The position numbers and the translations under genes are program-made. Shown here one piece after another: positions 38,431 through 51,071 of a DNA stretch of 64,000 nt. Origin of the DNA: Eledone cirrhosa (taxonomy: Eukaryota). Position 1 is the first letter of the stretch. Each line of letters starts with the position of its first letter. The stretch spans positions 19,592,001 to 19,656,000 of the forward strand of contig OZ024759.1 of assembly GCA_964016885.1 (NCBI GenBank), given 5' to 3'. The notes beneath the pieces are model-generated. The model was not told the DNA's origin, made no database searches, and saw nothing but the letters and a program-made list of their open reading frames with translations.

Positions 38431-38617
38431 AGTGGATTGTCAGTATCGGTAGAGAGTCGGACACCATGCTTTGACGCATAGAGTTACGGCCCTTGCCATT
38501 CTGAGTTCAAATCCCGCCGAAGTTAACTTTGCCTTTCATCCTTACGGGGTCGATAAAATAAAGTACCAGTAATGTACTGGATAATTGCGGCCTTGTGCCT
38601 AAAATAGAAACAATTAT
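38431..38617 (+). mobile_element. SINE family 1 (partial copy also at 37548-37648)
   Basis: Consensus match. Confidence 0.9.
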
Positions 38618-38639
38618 ACTGGTTGGATGCCCTTCCTAA

Positions 38640-39310
38640 CACCAGCACCACTTTACAGCATGGACTGGGTGCTTTTATTCGTGCCACCAGCACTAGAGAG
38701 GGTGTCTTACTGGACTCAAGGGCCCTATCCATCCCTCCATTTTACAGCATGGACTAGGTGCTTTTATTCGTGCCACCAGCACTAGAGAGGGTGTCTTACT
38801 GGACTCAGGGGCCCTCTCTACCCCTCCATTTTACAGCATGGACTAGGTGCTTTTATTCGTGCCACCAGCACTATAGAGGGTGTCTTACTGGACTCAGGGG
38901 CCGTCTCTACCCCTCCATTTTACAGCATGGACTAGGTGCTTTTATTCTTGCCACCAGCACTAGAGAGGGTGTCTTACTGGACTCAGGGGCCCTCTCTACC
39001 CCTCCATTTTACAGCATGGACTAGGTGCTTTTATTCGTGCCACCAGCACTAGAGAGGGTGTCTTACTGGACTCAGGGGCCCTCTCTACCCCTCCATTTTA
39101 CAGCATGGACTGGGTGCTTTTATTCGTGCCACCAGCACCAGAGAGGGTGTCTTACTGGATCAGGGGCCCTCTCTACCTCTCCATTTTACAGCATGGACTG
39201 GGTGCTTTTATTCGTGCCACCAGCACTAGAGAGGGTGTCTTACTGGACTCAGGGGCCCTCTCTACCCCTCCATTTTACAGCATGGACTAGGTGCCACCAG
39301 CACTAGAGAG
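38640..39310. repeat. 89 bp minisatellite grown out of a Meta-type SINE (minus orientation)
   Basis: GGTGCTTTTATTCGTGCCACCAGCACTAGAGAGGGTGTCTTACTGGACTCAGGGGCCC..., about 7 copies, following GGATGCCCTTCCTAACACC. Confidence 0.92.
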
Positions 39311-39495
39311 GTCATATATATATATATAATAATTCATTTATTCATTATGGCTAAGTAGCGAGCCTTGTTGCTTTGTAGTTTCATCTGCGCACCCGCAGGG
39401 CCACCAAATTAACTAGACTCTGCACTTAGAATTTAAATATTCATTTATTATGGCTACTTCGGTATTGTGTTGTCATTCTCACGTCCGTCAATAAT

Positions 39496-39544
<49 letters not shown>

Positions 39545-39732
39545 AGGCTTCGTATTTTTAGGTTGCTTGACGGTGAATATGTCCCTATGTAAAGATGCTT
39601 GTGAAGCGTTCTTTTTAGAGTACTTTACTGGGATCTACCCGTCAGTGATTTTGTATACGATGTTTTCTTTCTCACTCTCTCTCTCTCTATATATAGTGAA
39701 AAATTGAACGGGAACAAAACAGAGAGGCAGTA

Positions 39733-39796
<64 letters not shown>

Positions 39797-40001
39797 CTTT
39801 CCCCTGTGTTGTGTACTTGTCTCACTCACTTTACGCGTTTTAATTGTCCTAATAACTTATTTTAGTTATTATTGCACCAACGTGAGGTATATGATTTTTA
39901 ATGCAATGAAATACCTATGACCGTTGACAAATCACTGATGAGGGACTCATTTTATAACATGTTATCCATGTGCAACCATGCAGTATTCTTCTCCCCATAT
40001 T

Positions 40002-40056
<55 letters not shown>

Positions 40057-40142
40057 GGAAACATTTGAACAGGGACAAAACAGAGAGGCAGTACAACAAA
40101 TGTTTATTAATTTCACGCTCTGGAGAGTGGGGTGTAGGTGGG

Positions 40143-40180
40143 GGACGACGTTTCGGGCATAAGCCCTTCCTCAGGTGAGA
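40143..40180 (-). ncRNA. Variant hammerhead-like core (A-GGGC family)
   Basis: rc: CTGAGGA-A-GGGC-TTAT-GCCC-GAAA-CG-TC. Confidence 0.5.
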
Positions 40181-40394
40181 AGTGTGTGGGAACAGAGTTC
40201 AAAGGGTGTGTAAGGGAGTGGTGGAGAGACATATAGCGAAAGGAAACGGTGCGAATGAAAAAATAACAAGTAAAAATAAAAATAAAGCATGATACAAGGA
40301 ATGAGATAAATTTAAAAATAAAGGCATGATCAAAATAAACTGAAATTAAAAGTGAGTTGGAATTTGGCCGGAGTATCGCTACTAGCTTTCTCCC

Positions 40395-40470
<76 letters not shown>

Positions 40471-40508
40471 ATTAAATAAATGGAAAACTATATTTATAAA
40501 ACCATATT

Positions 40509-40574
40509 TATTTCATTATATATATTTCGGGGATATCATATTAACAATATGCTATGCCTTCATCAGACAAAATA
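40509..40574 (-). ncRNA. Type I hammerhead ribozyme
   Basis: Reverse complement of 40747-40812. Confidence 0.85.
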
Positions 40575-40746
40575 CAATATAAACAGTTTTATAGATAAAT
40601 ATATTCGACATACCGTAATAAACATCAACTTCATTTGAAGAGGTTCACTCTCGCAGAGAAGTTGATGTTTATTACGGTATGTCGTAATAAAGTTGATGTT
40701 TATTACGGTATGTCGAATATATTTATCTATAAAACTGTTTATATTG

Positions 40747-40812
40747 TATTTTGTCTGATGAAGGCATAGCATATTGTTAATATGATATCCCCGAAATATA
40801 TATAATGAAATA
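40747..40812 (+). ncRNA. Type I hammerhead ribozyme
   Basis: TATTTTGT-CTGATGA-aGGCATAGCATATT gtt AATATGATATCCcc-GAAA-TATATA-TA|ATGAAATA. Confidence 0.85.
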
Positions 40813-40940
40813 AATATGGTTTTATAAATATAGTTTTCCATTTATTTAATATTGTAAATATACTCCAAGTATTTGTCGAGTGCTTTTATATCAGTTATAA
40901 ATATTTACTAGTTGTAACCCAACAATTTTAAATATAACTT

Positions 40941-40975
<35 letters not shown>

Positions 40976-41227
40976 GGGAGAAAGCTAGCAGCGATACTCC
41001 GGCCAAATCCCAACTCACTCAACAAACATTAGGAAATACCTGAGTATATTCCTAGTTAAACGTTCGGGGTGCTAACTATATTGTATTGTGTGGAGAATTG
41101 GCTGTATCATTTCATATGAGATTTTGAGCTGACTTTTGGGAGGCTCCTATACAGCTCCTATATATTTATGCAAAGATGGTCAAAATTGGGTCTTGACACC
41201 TTAGTTCTGTATATGAACATTAATTAA

Positions 41228-41410
41228 GATTGGCAGTATCGGTAGAGGGTCGGACGCCATGCTTTCCAGCATAGTTACGTCCCTTTATGATCTGAGTTCA
41301 AATCCCGCCGAGGTTGACTTTGCCTTTCATCCTTACGGGGGTCGATAAAATAAAGTACCAGTAATGCATTGGGTAATTGCTGGCCTTGTGCCTAAAGTAG
41401 AAACAATTAA
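41228..41410 (+). mobile_element. SINE family 1
   Basis: Consensus match. Confidence 0.9.
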
Positions 41411-41470
41411 TTAATATGTGTTTATGTATATATATATGTGTGTGTTTTTGTATATGTCTGTGTGTGTGTT

Positions 41471-41512
<42 letters not shown>

Positions 41513-41626
41513 CGTGTGTTTGTGTATATATATATATATATATGTGCGTGTGTTTGTGTATATATATATATATGTGTATATATATATATATGTGTATATA
41601 TATATATATATATATGTGCGTGTGTT

Positions 41627-41663
<37 letters not shown>

Positions 41664-41746
41664 ATATATATATATATATGTGCGTGTGTTTGTGTATATA
41701 TATATATATATATATGTGTATATATATATATATATGTGCGTGTGTT

Positions 41747-41786
<40 letters not shown>

Positions 41787-42029
41787 CGTGTGTATGTTTA
41801 TATATATATGTGTGTGCGTGTGTATGTTTATATATATATGTGTGTGTGTTTGTATGTATATATCTATATATATATTATATATGTGCGTGTGTATATCACC
41901 TTATATCCATTTTTCCACGCTTGCATCTGTTGTAGTTTGTTAATTTATAGTCTTAATTCTTCTAACCCTTCTTTGTATACAAAGACACACACACAGACAC
42001 AGACACAGACACAGACACACACACACACA

Positions 42030-42127
<98 letters not shown>

Positions 42128-42598
42128 CATAGCGATCGTTTTGTTATTGTCTATAAACACATTTAAACCGTCTTGCTCTCCACCCTCACCCCCACCTCCC
42201 CCCCGCATGAACCCACTTGCACTTTTATATTTGAGCCCCCTCCTCCCACCTCGTGCATTCATATAAGAATATAACAGCTAAATGCAGGAGCATCTGCGTG
42301 GTCGTTCTAAATGCTAGAAACAACAGCCAAATCTTTTTTTTTTTTCTCATATCGCACACAAAGACACTTCTTAATTTTCCGCCATGAAGACTAAGACTAA
42401 GGGTAAATATATATAATATTATTACACCCGTCATGGAAATGGATGAAATAGTAATTGTTTTTTTTTTTTATTTTGTAGTTAGAATTTTTGCCTGTGAAGT
42501 TTGATGTGTTTTTATTTATCTTTCTTCTGATCTTTTTTTCTTTTTTTTCTGTGTGTTGTTTTGAAACGAATATGGCCTACAAAGTCTTCGTAGCTTAC

Positions 42599-42659
42599 TC
42601 GTTTTCCGTGGTTCCCGCCACTCGCCGAGACAACTTCATAAAATCCATAACATTCGTCT
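42599..42659 (-). CDS. Candidate coding exon DECYGFYEVVSASGGNHGKR (phase 2-0)
   Basis: CCCGCCTTAG acceptor, CGA|GTAAGC donor; a second frame is also open. Confidence 0.45.
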
Positions 42660-42744
42660 CTAAGGCGGGTGTAATAATAAAAATAAGGATGTATATATAT
42701 ATATATATATATATGAAATCCATATTTAATACAAACCATGTTTT

Positions 42745-42812
42745 TTATTCATTCTGACGACTGAAGACAGACACAACATCTGTCTTCAAGAAACCACTGG
42801 TAAATGAAATAA
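42745..42812 (+). ncRNA. Type I hammerhead ribozyme, distinct family (CUGACGA)
   Basis: TTCATT-CTGACGA-cTGAAGACAGA cacaaca TCTGTCTTCAa-GAAA-CCACTGG-TA|AATGAA. Confidence 0.82.
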
Positions 42813-43114
42813 TTATCTTATGTTGTTTATTACATAACTAATAAGCTCTGTAGCCTACATAGAGCACTTTTTTTTCCTGTACCTTTCACACACACACGCA
42901 CGCACGCACGCGCGCGCGCACACACACACACACACACGTGTGTGTGTGAGAAAAATATCGTGTTTTTTTTACAGAAACAATATAAAAATTGGAAAGAGGT
43001 AGGTGGAGAGGTTAAAACAACTCAAGATACAGTAATTTATTATGATAAACAGTACAAAAGCTGTTTCACTCACACCCACACAGGGTGTCCCAGACCTCAC
43101 TCGACCATTATATA

Positions 43115-43148
<34 letters not shown>

Positions 43149-43284
43149 CATATATATATGTATATCAATAAAAACCCGATCCCATATTCATTTGGTTTTG
43201 GCTTATTAAAATCCGTAATGTACATTTCACTGAGCACTATCAGTTATGACAGCCTGAGTTTCTCAAACGGTATATATATATATA

Positions 43285-43504
43285 TAACGAAGGAAATGTG
43301 GTAAGGAACCAGGTGGACCATAACGCACCAAAGTACTCAATACTTAGGGTAGTAGAGTGGGTAATAGGAACAAGTAAGACCCCGACGGCTGAGCTCAAGC
43401 CGTTTCGACGGCTAATTCTGTACAATTCTCTCTCAACTCGTCTATGCAGTACAGAATTAGCGGTCGAAACGGCTTGAGCTCAGCCGTCGGGTCTTACTTG
43501 TTCC

Positions 43505-43506
<2 letters not shown>
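43285..43506. mobile_element. (TA)n-inserted fold-back element with half-hammerhead
   Basis: Arms at about 43364-43423 and 43447-43506; homologous to 35358-35548. Confidence 0.7.
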
Positions 43507-43536
<30 letters not shown>

Positions 43537-43774
43537 AGGCGTGTGGCTGAGTGTTTAGAGAATTGGATTCGCAATCGTAAGGTTGTGAGTTCGATTCCTG
43601 GACCAGGCGATGCGTTATGTCCTTGAGCAAGACACTTTATTTCACGTTGCTCCTACATGGAGTTGCGACCGATAGATAGTATTAGCAATTGGAAAGACCA
43701 ATGGAAACATTGTTTCCTCGGTCCGATTTGACGAAAGTCGATCGATTAAAAAAAAATATATATATATATAATAT

Positions 43775-44251
43775 ATATACACACACACACACACTCACAT
43801 GTATATATATACACACACACACACATGTATATATATACACACACACTCACACACATGTATATATATACACACACTCACACAAATGTATATATATACACAC
43901 ACTCACACACATGTATATATATATACACACACTCACACACATGTATATATATACACACACTCACACACATGTATATATATACACACACTCACACACATGT
44001 ATATATATACACACACTCACACACATGTATATATATACACACACTCACACACATGTATATATATACACACACTCACACACATGTATATATATACACACAC
44101 ACACACACACGTATATATATACACACTCACACACATGTATATATATATACACACACTCACACACATGTATATATATACACACACTCACACACATGTATAT
44201 ATATACACACACTCACACACATGTATATATATACACACACTCACACACATG

Positions 44252-44285
<34 letters not shown>

Positions 44286-44487
44286 TGTATATAAATACAC
44301 ACACTCACACACATGTATATATATACACACACTCACACACATGTATATATATACACACACTCACACACATGTATATATATACACACTCACACACATGTAT
44401 ATATATACACACACACACACACACATGTATATATATATACACACACACACACACACATGTATATATATACACACACACACACACATG

Positions 44488-44521
<34 letters not shown>

Positions 44522-45205
44522 TGTATATATATACACACACTCACACACATGTATATATATACACACACTCACACACATGTATATATATACACACACACAC
44601 ACACACATGTATATATATACACACACACACACACATGTATATATATACACACACTCACACACATGTATATATATACACACACTCACACACATGTATATAT
44701 ATACACACACTCACACACATGTATATATATACACACACTCACACACATGTATATATATACACACACTCACACATGTATATATACACACACACTCACACAC
44801 ATGTATATATATACACACACACACTCACACACATGTATATATATACACACACACACTCACACACATGTATATATATACACACACACTCACACATGTATAT
44901 ATATACACACACACTCACACACATGTATATATATACACACACACACTCACACACATGTATATATATACACACACACTCACACACATGTATATATATACAC
45001 ACACACTCACACACACATGTATATATATATACACACACTCACACACATGTATATATATACACACACACATGTATATATATACACACACACTCACACACAT
45101 GTATATATACACACACACTCACACACATGTATATATATACACACACTCACACACATGTATATATATACACACACACTCACACACATGTATATATACACAC
45201 ACTCA
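43775..45205. repeat. About 26 bp compound minisatellite (ACACACTCACACACATGTATATATAT)
   Basis: Direct reading. Confidence 0.95.
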
Positions 45206-46232
45206 CGTAAATCCCTTCTGTCTAGGTTATCACGACTTGGCTAATGAAACGTCTACAAGAATCCGTTCGCTCGATCAAGGTCGTTGACCTGAGGCTAATC
45301 TATCACAACAGAACAGATAGCGGCTTTGTTGTTCGTATCAATATTTATCTTGAGCAGTAATCGATAGAGTGTCGGACAACATGCTTTGCACCATAGAATT
45401 ACATCCCTTTACGTTCTGAGTTCAAGTGTCGCCGAAGTGAGCTTCACCTTTCATCCTTACGGAGTCGATAGAATCAAGAATTGGCGTGTTCAAAGTACGA
45501 TTGTTTTTAATAATCAGTGCTGGTAGTCCTTGTACACGAGTGAACAGCCGCCTTATATAGGGCCCCGACTTTAATATGATGTATTTACTCTATACTATCC
45601 CAAGTATCGAGTACTCTTGAATAATGGCCCTACTAGTTTTAAACACTGGTATAACCCTGATCCATATATTGCATGGAAGTGTGTGTGTGTGTGTGTGTCC
45701 GGTTCAACCGGGTGTAACCACAGTAAGTAAGGTACTCAATACATAGCAGAGTATAAATGTTTCATATAGAAATGGCTTCTACAGGACTAGAACTGTTTCA
45801 TTCGAAGAGATATATAAATATATATATAGAGAGAGAGAGAATGTGTGCATATGTATGTAATTCACAATAAAAATCTAAATACATGTATGTATATATTCTT
45901 TAAACCCGCCAAAACCTCTACATGTGTTTTTTGGCAGACCTGACAAACGAAGCTACCTATCTGCACTGTACATCTGTACATCTGTATGCACAAGTATATT
46001 GTCTGTTGTACATAACACAGTATCGGTTTAACCCACTTGGCACCTCACCAATCTATTGTCAGCAACACTCGCATACACACACAGGCGCACTTTTGATAAG
46101 ACAACGATAGATGTTATGGCAAACGATGTTTGGGTATCGACCTTGGTATTATATTTATTTATTAAACAACAATAATAAAAAAGAAAAATAAACAAAAGAA
46201 GAGAAAAAAAAAGGAAAATCATTACCATCATC

Positions 46233-46626
46233 ATCATATGTCCACCTTTCCCCTTTCCCTGCTTGCAAGGATGGGACGGGTCCTTTTCAGCACAGCATCT
46301 TCCAATTCGTCACGGTCCTTCGTCATCCTCTCTGTGAGCTTCAGTGATCTGGGGTCTGCTCTCACCACCTTCGCCCATGTTTTTCGTGGTCTTAGACTGG
46401 GATTTCTTGTCATTTCTTTACCCATCGGTCATCCTCCATGCGTATCACATGTCCATACCAACGCAGTCTTCTCTCCCACACACTACAGTTTATCCCTCTT
46501 AAACACAGTTTCTCTCTCAACTCGTCTATGCTTGGTCGTTCACGCACATTGGCATTGCACATCCATCGGAGCATGCTTGCTTCATTTCTCTCCAGCCGTC
46601 GCATTTCCCCCGCAGTTGCTGCCCTT
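46233..46626 (-). mobile_element. RTE-clade LINE 3' fragment, fused to an unrelated retroelement piece (46630-46890)
   Basis: RRLERNEASMLRWMC...ELREKL...RRLRWYGHVIRM. Confidence 0.85.
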
Positions 46627-47027
46627 AATATCGAGAAAAAGAATGAAAACACCGGGGAGGGAGATGGCAAGAACTCTAGTGTCGCAGAAGAGAGGGGAGG
46701 ATGATTAGGCTTTGGGCCTAGGGCGTGGAGGCAGAAGGGCTGAGTCCCGCGGACAATGGCCAGCGACACCCGCTGCAACAGCCACCCAACATCGCGGGGC
46801 TCCTTCCTCAGACAGGCTGCCGACGTTCCGATTTTGCGGAGGATTCTCACCTGTACGGGGTCCAAGTATGCCTGAGGTCTCGACGGCGACCGGTGCAAAC
46901 TATAAAAACTATAGTTTCATCACCGGCTGCTTTTTTTTGTGAATATATCCCCAGGGAAAGAGGCTTGTGAAGTGATTTTTTTTAGAGTACCTTACTGGTG
47001 GGATCTACCCCTTAATGATTTTGTTTG

Positions 47028-47144
<117 letters not shown>

Positions 47145-47351
47145 GCATTGTTGCATAATATATGCAGACAGATGGTGCAGTGCACCTTAGTGCGGCAGAA
47201 ACTCGAGTTCGGGAACCTAAAAGGCACCCGTTTTACGTGTGTTGTGTTAAGGCAAATAAGTATGTGTATACTCTGGTAATGTATCTTACATTGTGCGCTG
47301 AGATACAACCGGTACTGGCATTGATAAATATGCTGGGTCCGTCAACCCTTA

Positions 47352-47412
<61 letters not shown>

Positions 47413-47505
47413 TGTGTTAAGTATTTCCGTAGAAAAGGTAGAAAGAAGAGTGCTCTATGTGTAGTACAGAGCTATTTAATTACACAATAAACAACACAAT
47501 ATAAT

Positions 47506-47575
47506 TATTCCATTACCAAAGGTTTCAGCAAACAAGACAATCCTTACAGAAACGTCCGGCTCGTTCATCAGATTA
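47506..47575 (-). pseudogene. Degenerate hammerhead of the 42745 family
   Basis: rc: CTGATGA...GAAA-CCTTTGG-TA|ATGGAATA; downstream flank homologous to 42810-42870; stem I truncated by (TA)n. Confidence 0.55.
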
Positions 47576-47663
47576 TATATATATATTTGTATTTTTTTTG
47601 CGAAGTTTTTGATATGAAATCGTGTGTCGAAACAAATATTGTTATGTTGGGGAGGGTCATATT

Positions 47664-48061
47664 GATCTGCTCAAGCTCCCTGTGTGTGTATATAAATATA
47701 TATATTATTATACTTGGGGAGGGTCATATTGTTGTAATAATATTGCCAGAAATAACAACAGAACACACTCACTGGCGTAGACATACAATACAACAGGAGG
47801 AACATAATAGTATCACTGATGATGTTGCAGATGTGCAACGAAAGAACTTTGTTAGACTATATATATGTGTTTATATCTGTATATTTGACCGTTGGTCAGT
47901 CAATGAATTAACTATGGAGATAGAAAAGATACAGAAGCGAAAGCCAACCAAACAGTGAGTGTGTTCTGATATTATTTCTGGCAATATTATTACAATATGA
48001 CCCTCCCCAAGTATAATAATATATCTATTTATATACACACACAGGGAGCTTGAGTTGATCA
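47664..48061. repeat. Inverted repeat (about 110 bp arms), same family as 61499-61972
   Basis: Arms at about 47664-47773 and 47953-48061, with GGGAGGGTCATATTG motif. Confidence 0.75.
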
Positions 48062-48129
48062 ATAACGAAATGCACGTCACCAGTCAATAAACGTAATGAA
48101 GGCTTAACAAAAAGACCTTGTATTATTAA

Positions 48130-48303
48130 TATCGGTAGAGGGTCGGACGCCATGCTTTGACGCACAGAGTTACGGCCCTTTCCATTCTGAGTTCAAATCC
48201 CGCCGAGGTTAACTTTGCCTTTCATCCCTACGGGGTCGATAAAATAAAGTACCAGTAATGCACTGGGGTAATTTCTGGCCTTGTGCCAAAGGTAGAAACA
48301 ATT
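48130..48303 (+). mobile_element. SINE family 1 (partial copies also at 45353-45478, 51465-51570, 53380-53460 and 56106-56215)
   Basis: Consensus match. Confidence 0.88.
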
Positions 48304-49215
48304 ATATATATATATATATATATATATCTTCACTCTACCAAAACCCAGTCAGCATATCTGCTATTAACTATGTGCACTCTGAACAGCTGATTGCAGCTGC
48401 ATAACTGCAATTCGGCAGATTCATTGAGTGAGCTAGACGCTGGTCGGAGAACGTTGACTTAATACCAACGATCTTCGTTAAATTTATTATATATTTATAT
48501 AAACGGAAAAAATGAAACGAAATTTCATTTCTCGCTCTTAGTACGGCTGTTACTTAAATATAAGTATGTATACGCACATGGTGGCTGCCAACTCGTTTTC
48601 GAGTACGGCCACTACTTTATATCCATGTAGGAGAACCCCTACGGATGCGCTGAACGAGTGTGACTTTTTAGTCCAGCCAGCGATTTGAAAACTCTGGTAC
48701 AAACACTACACTTTTGACAATTATTGACACATAGTGCTGGGCCCATGGTACCATCTGACGACAAGTGCAGAGAGATCTCCAGATATAAAGCAATGCCTGT
48801 GCCGTGAAGCTTTTATAGTGAGCAAAGGCACTGCACAAAGCCAGTCCCACTCTCTTAAACAAGATGATATGTACCAAAAAGAAGAACAAGTCAACATCAT
48901 TGGATACCATCAGGGTTGCAGGTGTTATATCAGAGTTTTCCTTCTCCTAGAATTCTGCCTTGACAAAGGCTAAGGGGTCATCTCTCCCGGTGATTTTGGA
49001 TGGCCATTGACTCTTAAGAGCTCCTTTGCCCTTTGACAGGTTTTGTTTTTAGTCCTGCAGGATGTCCAAAGTCACCCTCCTCACCAAGAAACCTTGGTGG
49101 GGTTGCCAGTTTAGTCGCCAACGACCCGACCATGAGACAGGTTGTACTGGGATACATGTTACCAGTAGCACCAACTGGTGACCTGACATACATATATGTA
49201 TACAGACGTACAGTA

Positions 49216-49286
<71 letters not shown>

Positions 49287-49688
49287 CATGCACACATATA
49301 TATATGTACGTATTGATTCGCCGAACATTTATTATAATGCTCGGTGTGTTTGTAAACAAACATCCCGAATTAAGCCGTACAGTGTCAGAAATGAAATTTC
49401 GTTTCATTTTTTCTGTTTATCGTTTTCGGTACCCCGGCCGATTAACTCACTCGATATGCAAATTAGGCTGCTCAACCGTTAATATTCATATATTCCCAAT
49501 TAAACGTTTGGGGTGCTAACTATATTGTATTGTGTGGATAATTGGCTGTATTATTTTATGAGACATATTAAATATAAACCCCCCATTCCCAAGCGTTAAC
49601 CTAATAGCTAACACTTTTCGTAATTGTACTCCTTGTTGTTATTTACTTTTCCTATATAAATATATATATATAGATATAATATAGAAAT

Positions 49689-49739
49689 GGCTTCTACAGG
49701 ACTAGAACTGTTTCATTCGGGAGAAATCATCAGGAAGCC
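49689..49739 (-). ncRNA. Type I hammerhead ribozyme with a true 4 bp stem III
   Basis: rc: GGCTTC-CTGATGA-tTTC tccc GAAt-GAAA-CAG ttctagtc CTG-TA|GAAGCC. Confidence 0.85.
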
Positions 49740-49884
49740 CTGATATGTATGTATGTATATATATATATATATATATATATACAGAGAGAGAGAGAGAGAT
49801 CTGGAGTTGCGTCGGGGGTAACCACAGTAAAGAAAGTACTCAATACATATGTAGAGTGACGGCAAAGGTTTATATAGAAAAGAA

Positions 49885-49932
49885 GGCTTCTACAAGACTA
49901 GAACTGTTTCATTCGTATGAAATCATCAGGAA
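49885..49932 (-). ncRNA. Second hammerhead of the same family, stem I 5'-truncated
   Basis: rc: TTC-CTGATGA-tTTC atac GAAt-GAAA-CAG ttctagtc TTG-TA|GAA; core-less relatives at 45772-45808 and 53483-53525. Confidence 0.7.
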
Positions 49933-49940
49933 TGTATATA

Positions 49941-49978
<38 letters not shown>

Positions 49979-50112
49979 GGCGCGAAAACATTTACTTGTC
50001 ATGTAAACTTAACATATGTGTAATGTATTTGCCTAACTGCCTCTTTCCCCCTCCCTCCTTCTCTCTATATATATATCTCTCTTTATATATGTATATCTCT
50101 CCCCTCTCTCTC

Positions 50113-50146
<34 letters not shown>

Positions 50147-50340
50147 TACATACATACATACACACACATTCATATATGCACACATGTACTTTTACGCCAA
50201 TCACGCACTCATACATCCACTTAAACGAAAGCACTTGAACTGTTTGTTTGTCACGTGACTGTTGTTATGGAGCGCAGTGTTAGGAAGAATGTATGTTAAC
50301 TTAGTTGTACATTTCAGCGGAAGCCGCTTATTGTAATCAC

Positions 50341-50488
50341 AAATTTGTTATCAAGCTCTTATCATCATCATCATCATCATAGAAAATACGGATGTCCCCA
50401 AGTATCGGCGTTGTCTCAATAATTTCGGCAATAGCGTTGATTGTATTTCTCTGCTTAATGTAATCGCCAGTCAGTCGGTTAATGTTAT
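50341..50488 (-). CDS. Candidate coding exon NINRLTGDYIKQRNTINAIAEIIETTPILGDIRIFYDDDDDDKSLITN (phase 1-2)
   Basis: Unique protein-like open frame; GTTTAG acceptor, TT|GTGATT donor. Confidence 0.45.
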
Positions 50489-50819
50489 CTAAACTGCTTT
50501 GTCCTAATTAACGGCATTCCACTGTAACTTGAGGTGTGTATGTATGTATATATATATATATATATATACATTGGATCGTCAAGTATGAAATTTGTAGAAA
50601 AAAAAAAGAACAAATTTCTACAAATTTCATACTTGGCAACCCAATATACATACACATACACACACAAACACACATACACATACACACACACACTTGTTTA
50701 GCCCTGGGTCAATCGTGGTCGACCAAACCAATGATGATCGCAATCCATTCCACTAACTTGAGGTATATGTACATACATATATATGTGTATATATATATAT
50801 ATACACATACATATATATA

Positions 50820-50923
<104 letters not shown>

Positions 50924-50934
50924 GTATATATATG

Positions 50935-51071
<137 letters not shown>

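Larger units (their letters stand above)
40465..40856. repeat. 167 bp inverted repeat, one hammerhead per arm; outer inverted pair at 40351-40398 and 40971-41019
   Basis: Arms 40465-40631 and 40690-40856 read as reverse complements. Confidence 0.92.

Noticed and set aside
43689-45287. His/Thr/Tyr/Ile-rich long ORFs (likewise all YIYI and CVCV ORFs in the track)
   Set aside because: Translations of (TA)n/(CA)n compound microsatellites.
45200-45305. Exon ending in GTGAGT with an in-frame TAG
   Set aside because: The donor is simply the ACTCAC of the adjacent minisatellite, and all frames contain stops.
46046-46141. Minus-strand segment VDTQTSFAITSIVVLSKVRLCVYASVADNRL resembling glutamate-receptor SFAVT...GVYA
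   Set aside because: Short by-eye similarity, out of order relative to the other putative matches and not phase-compatible with neighbouring candidate exons; not enough to name the gene.
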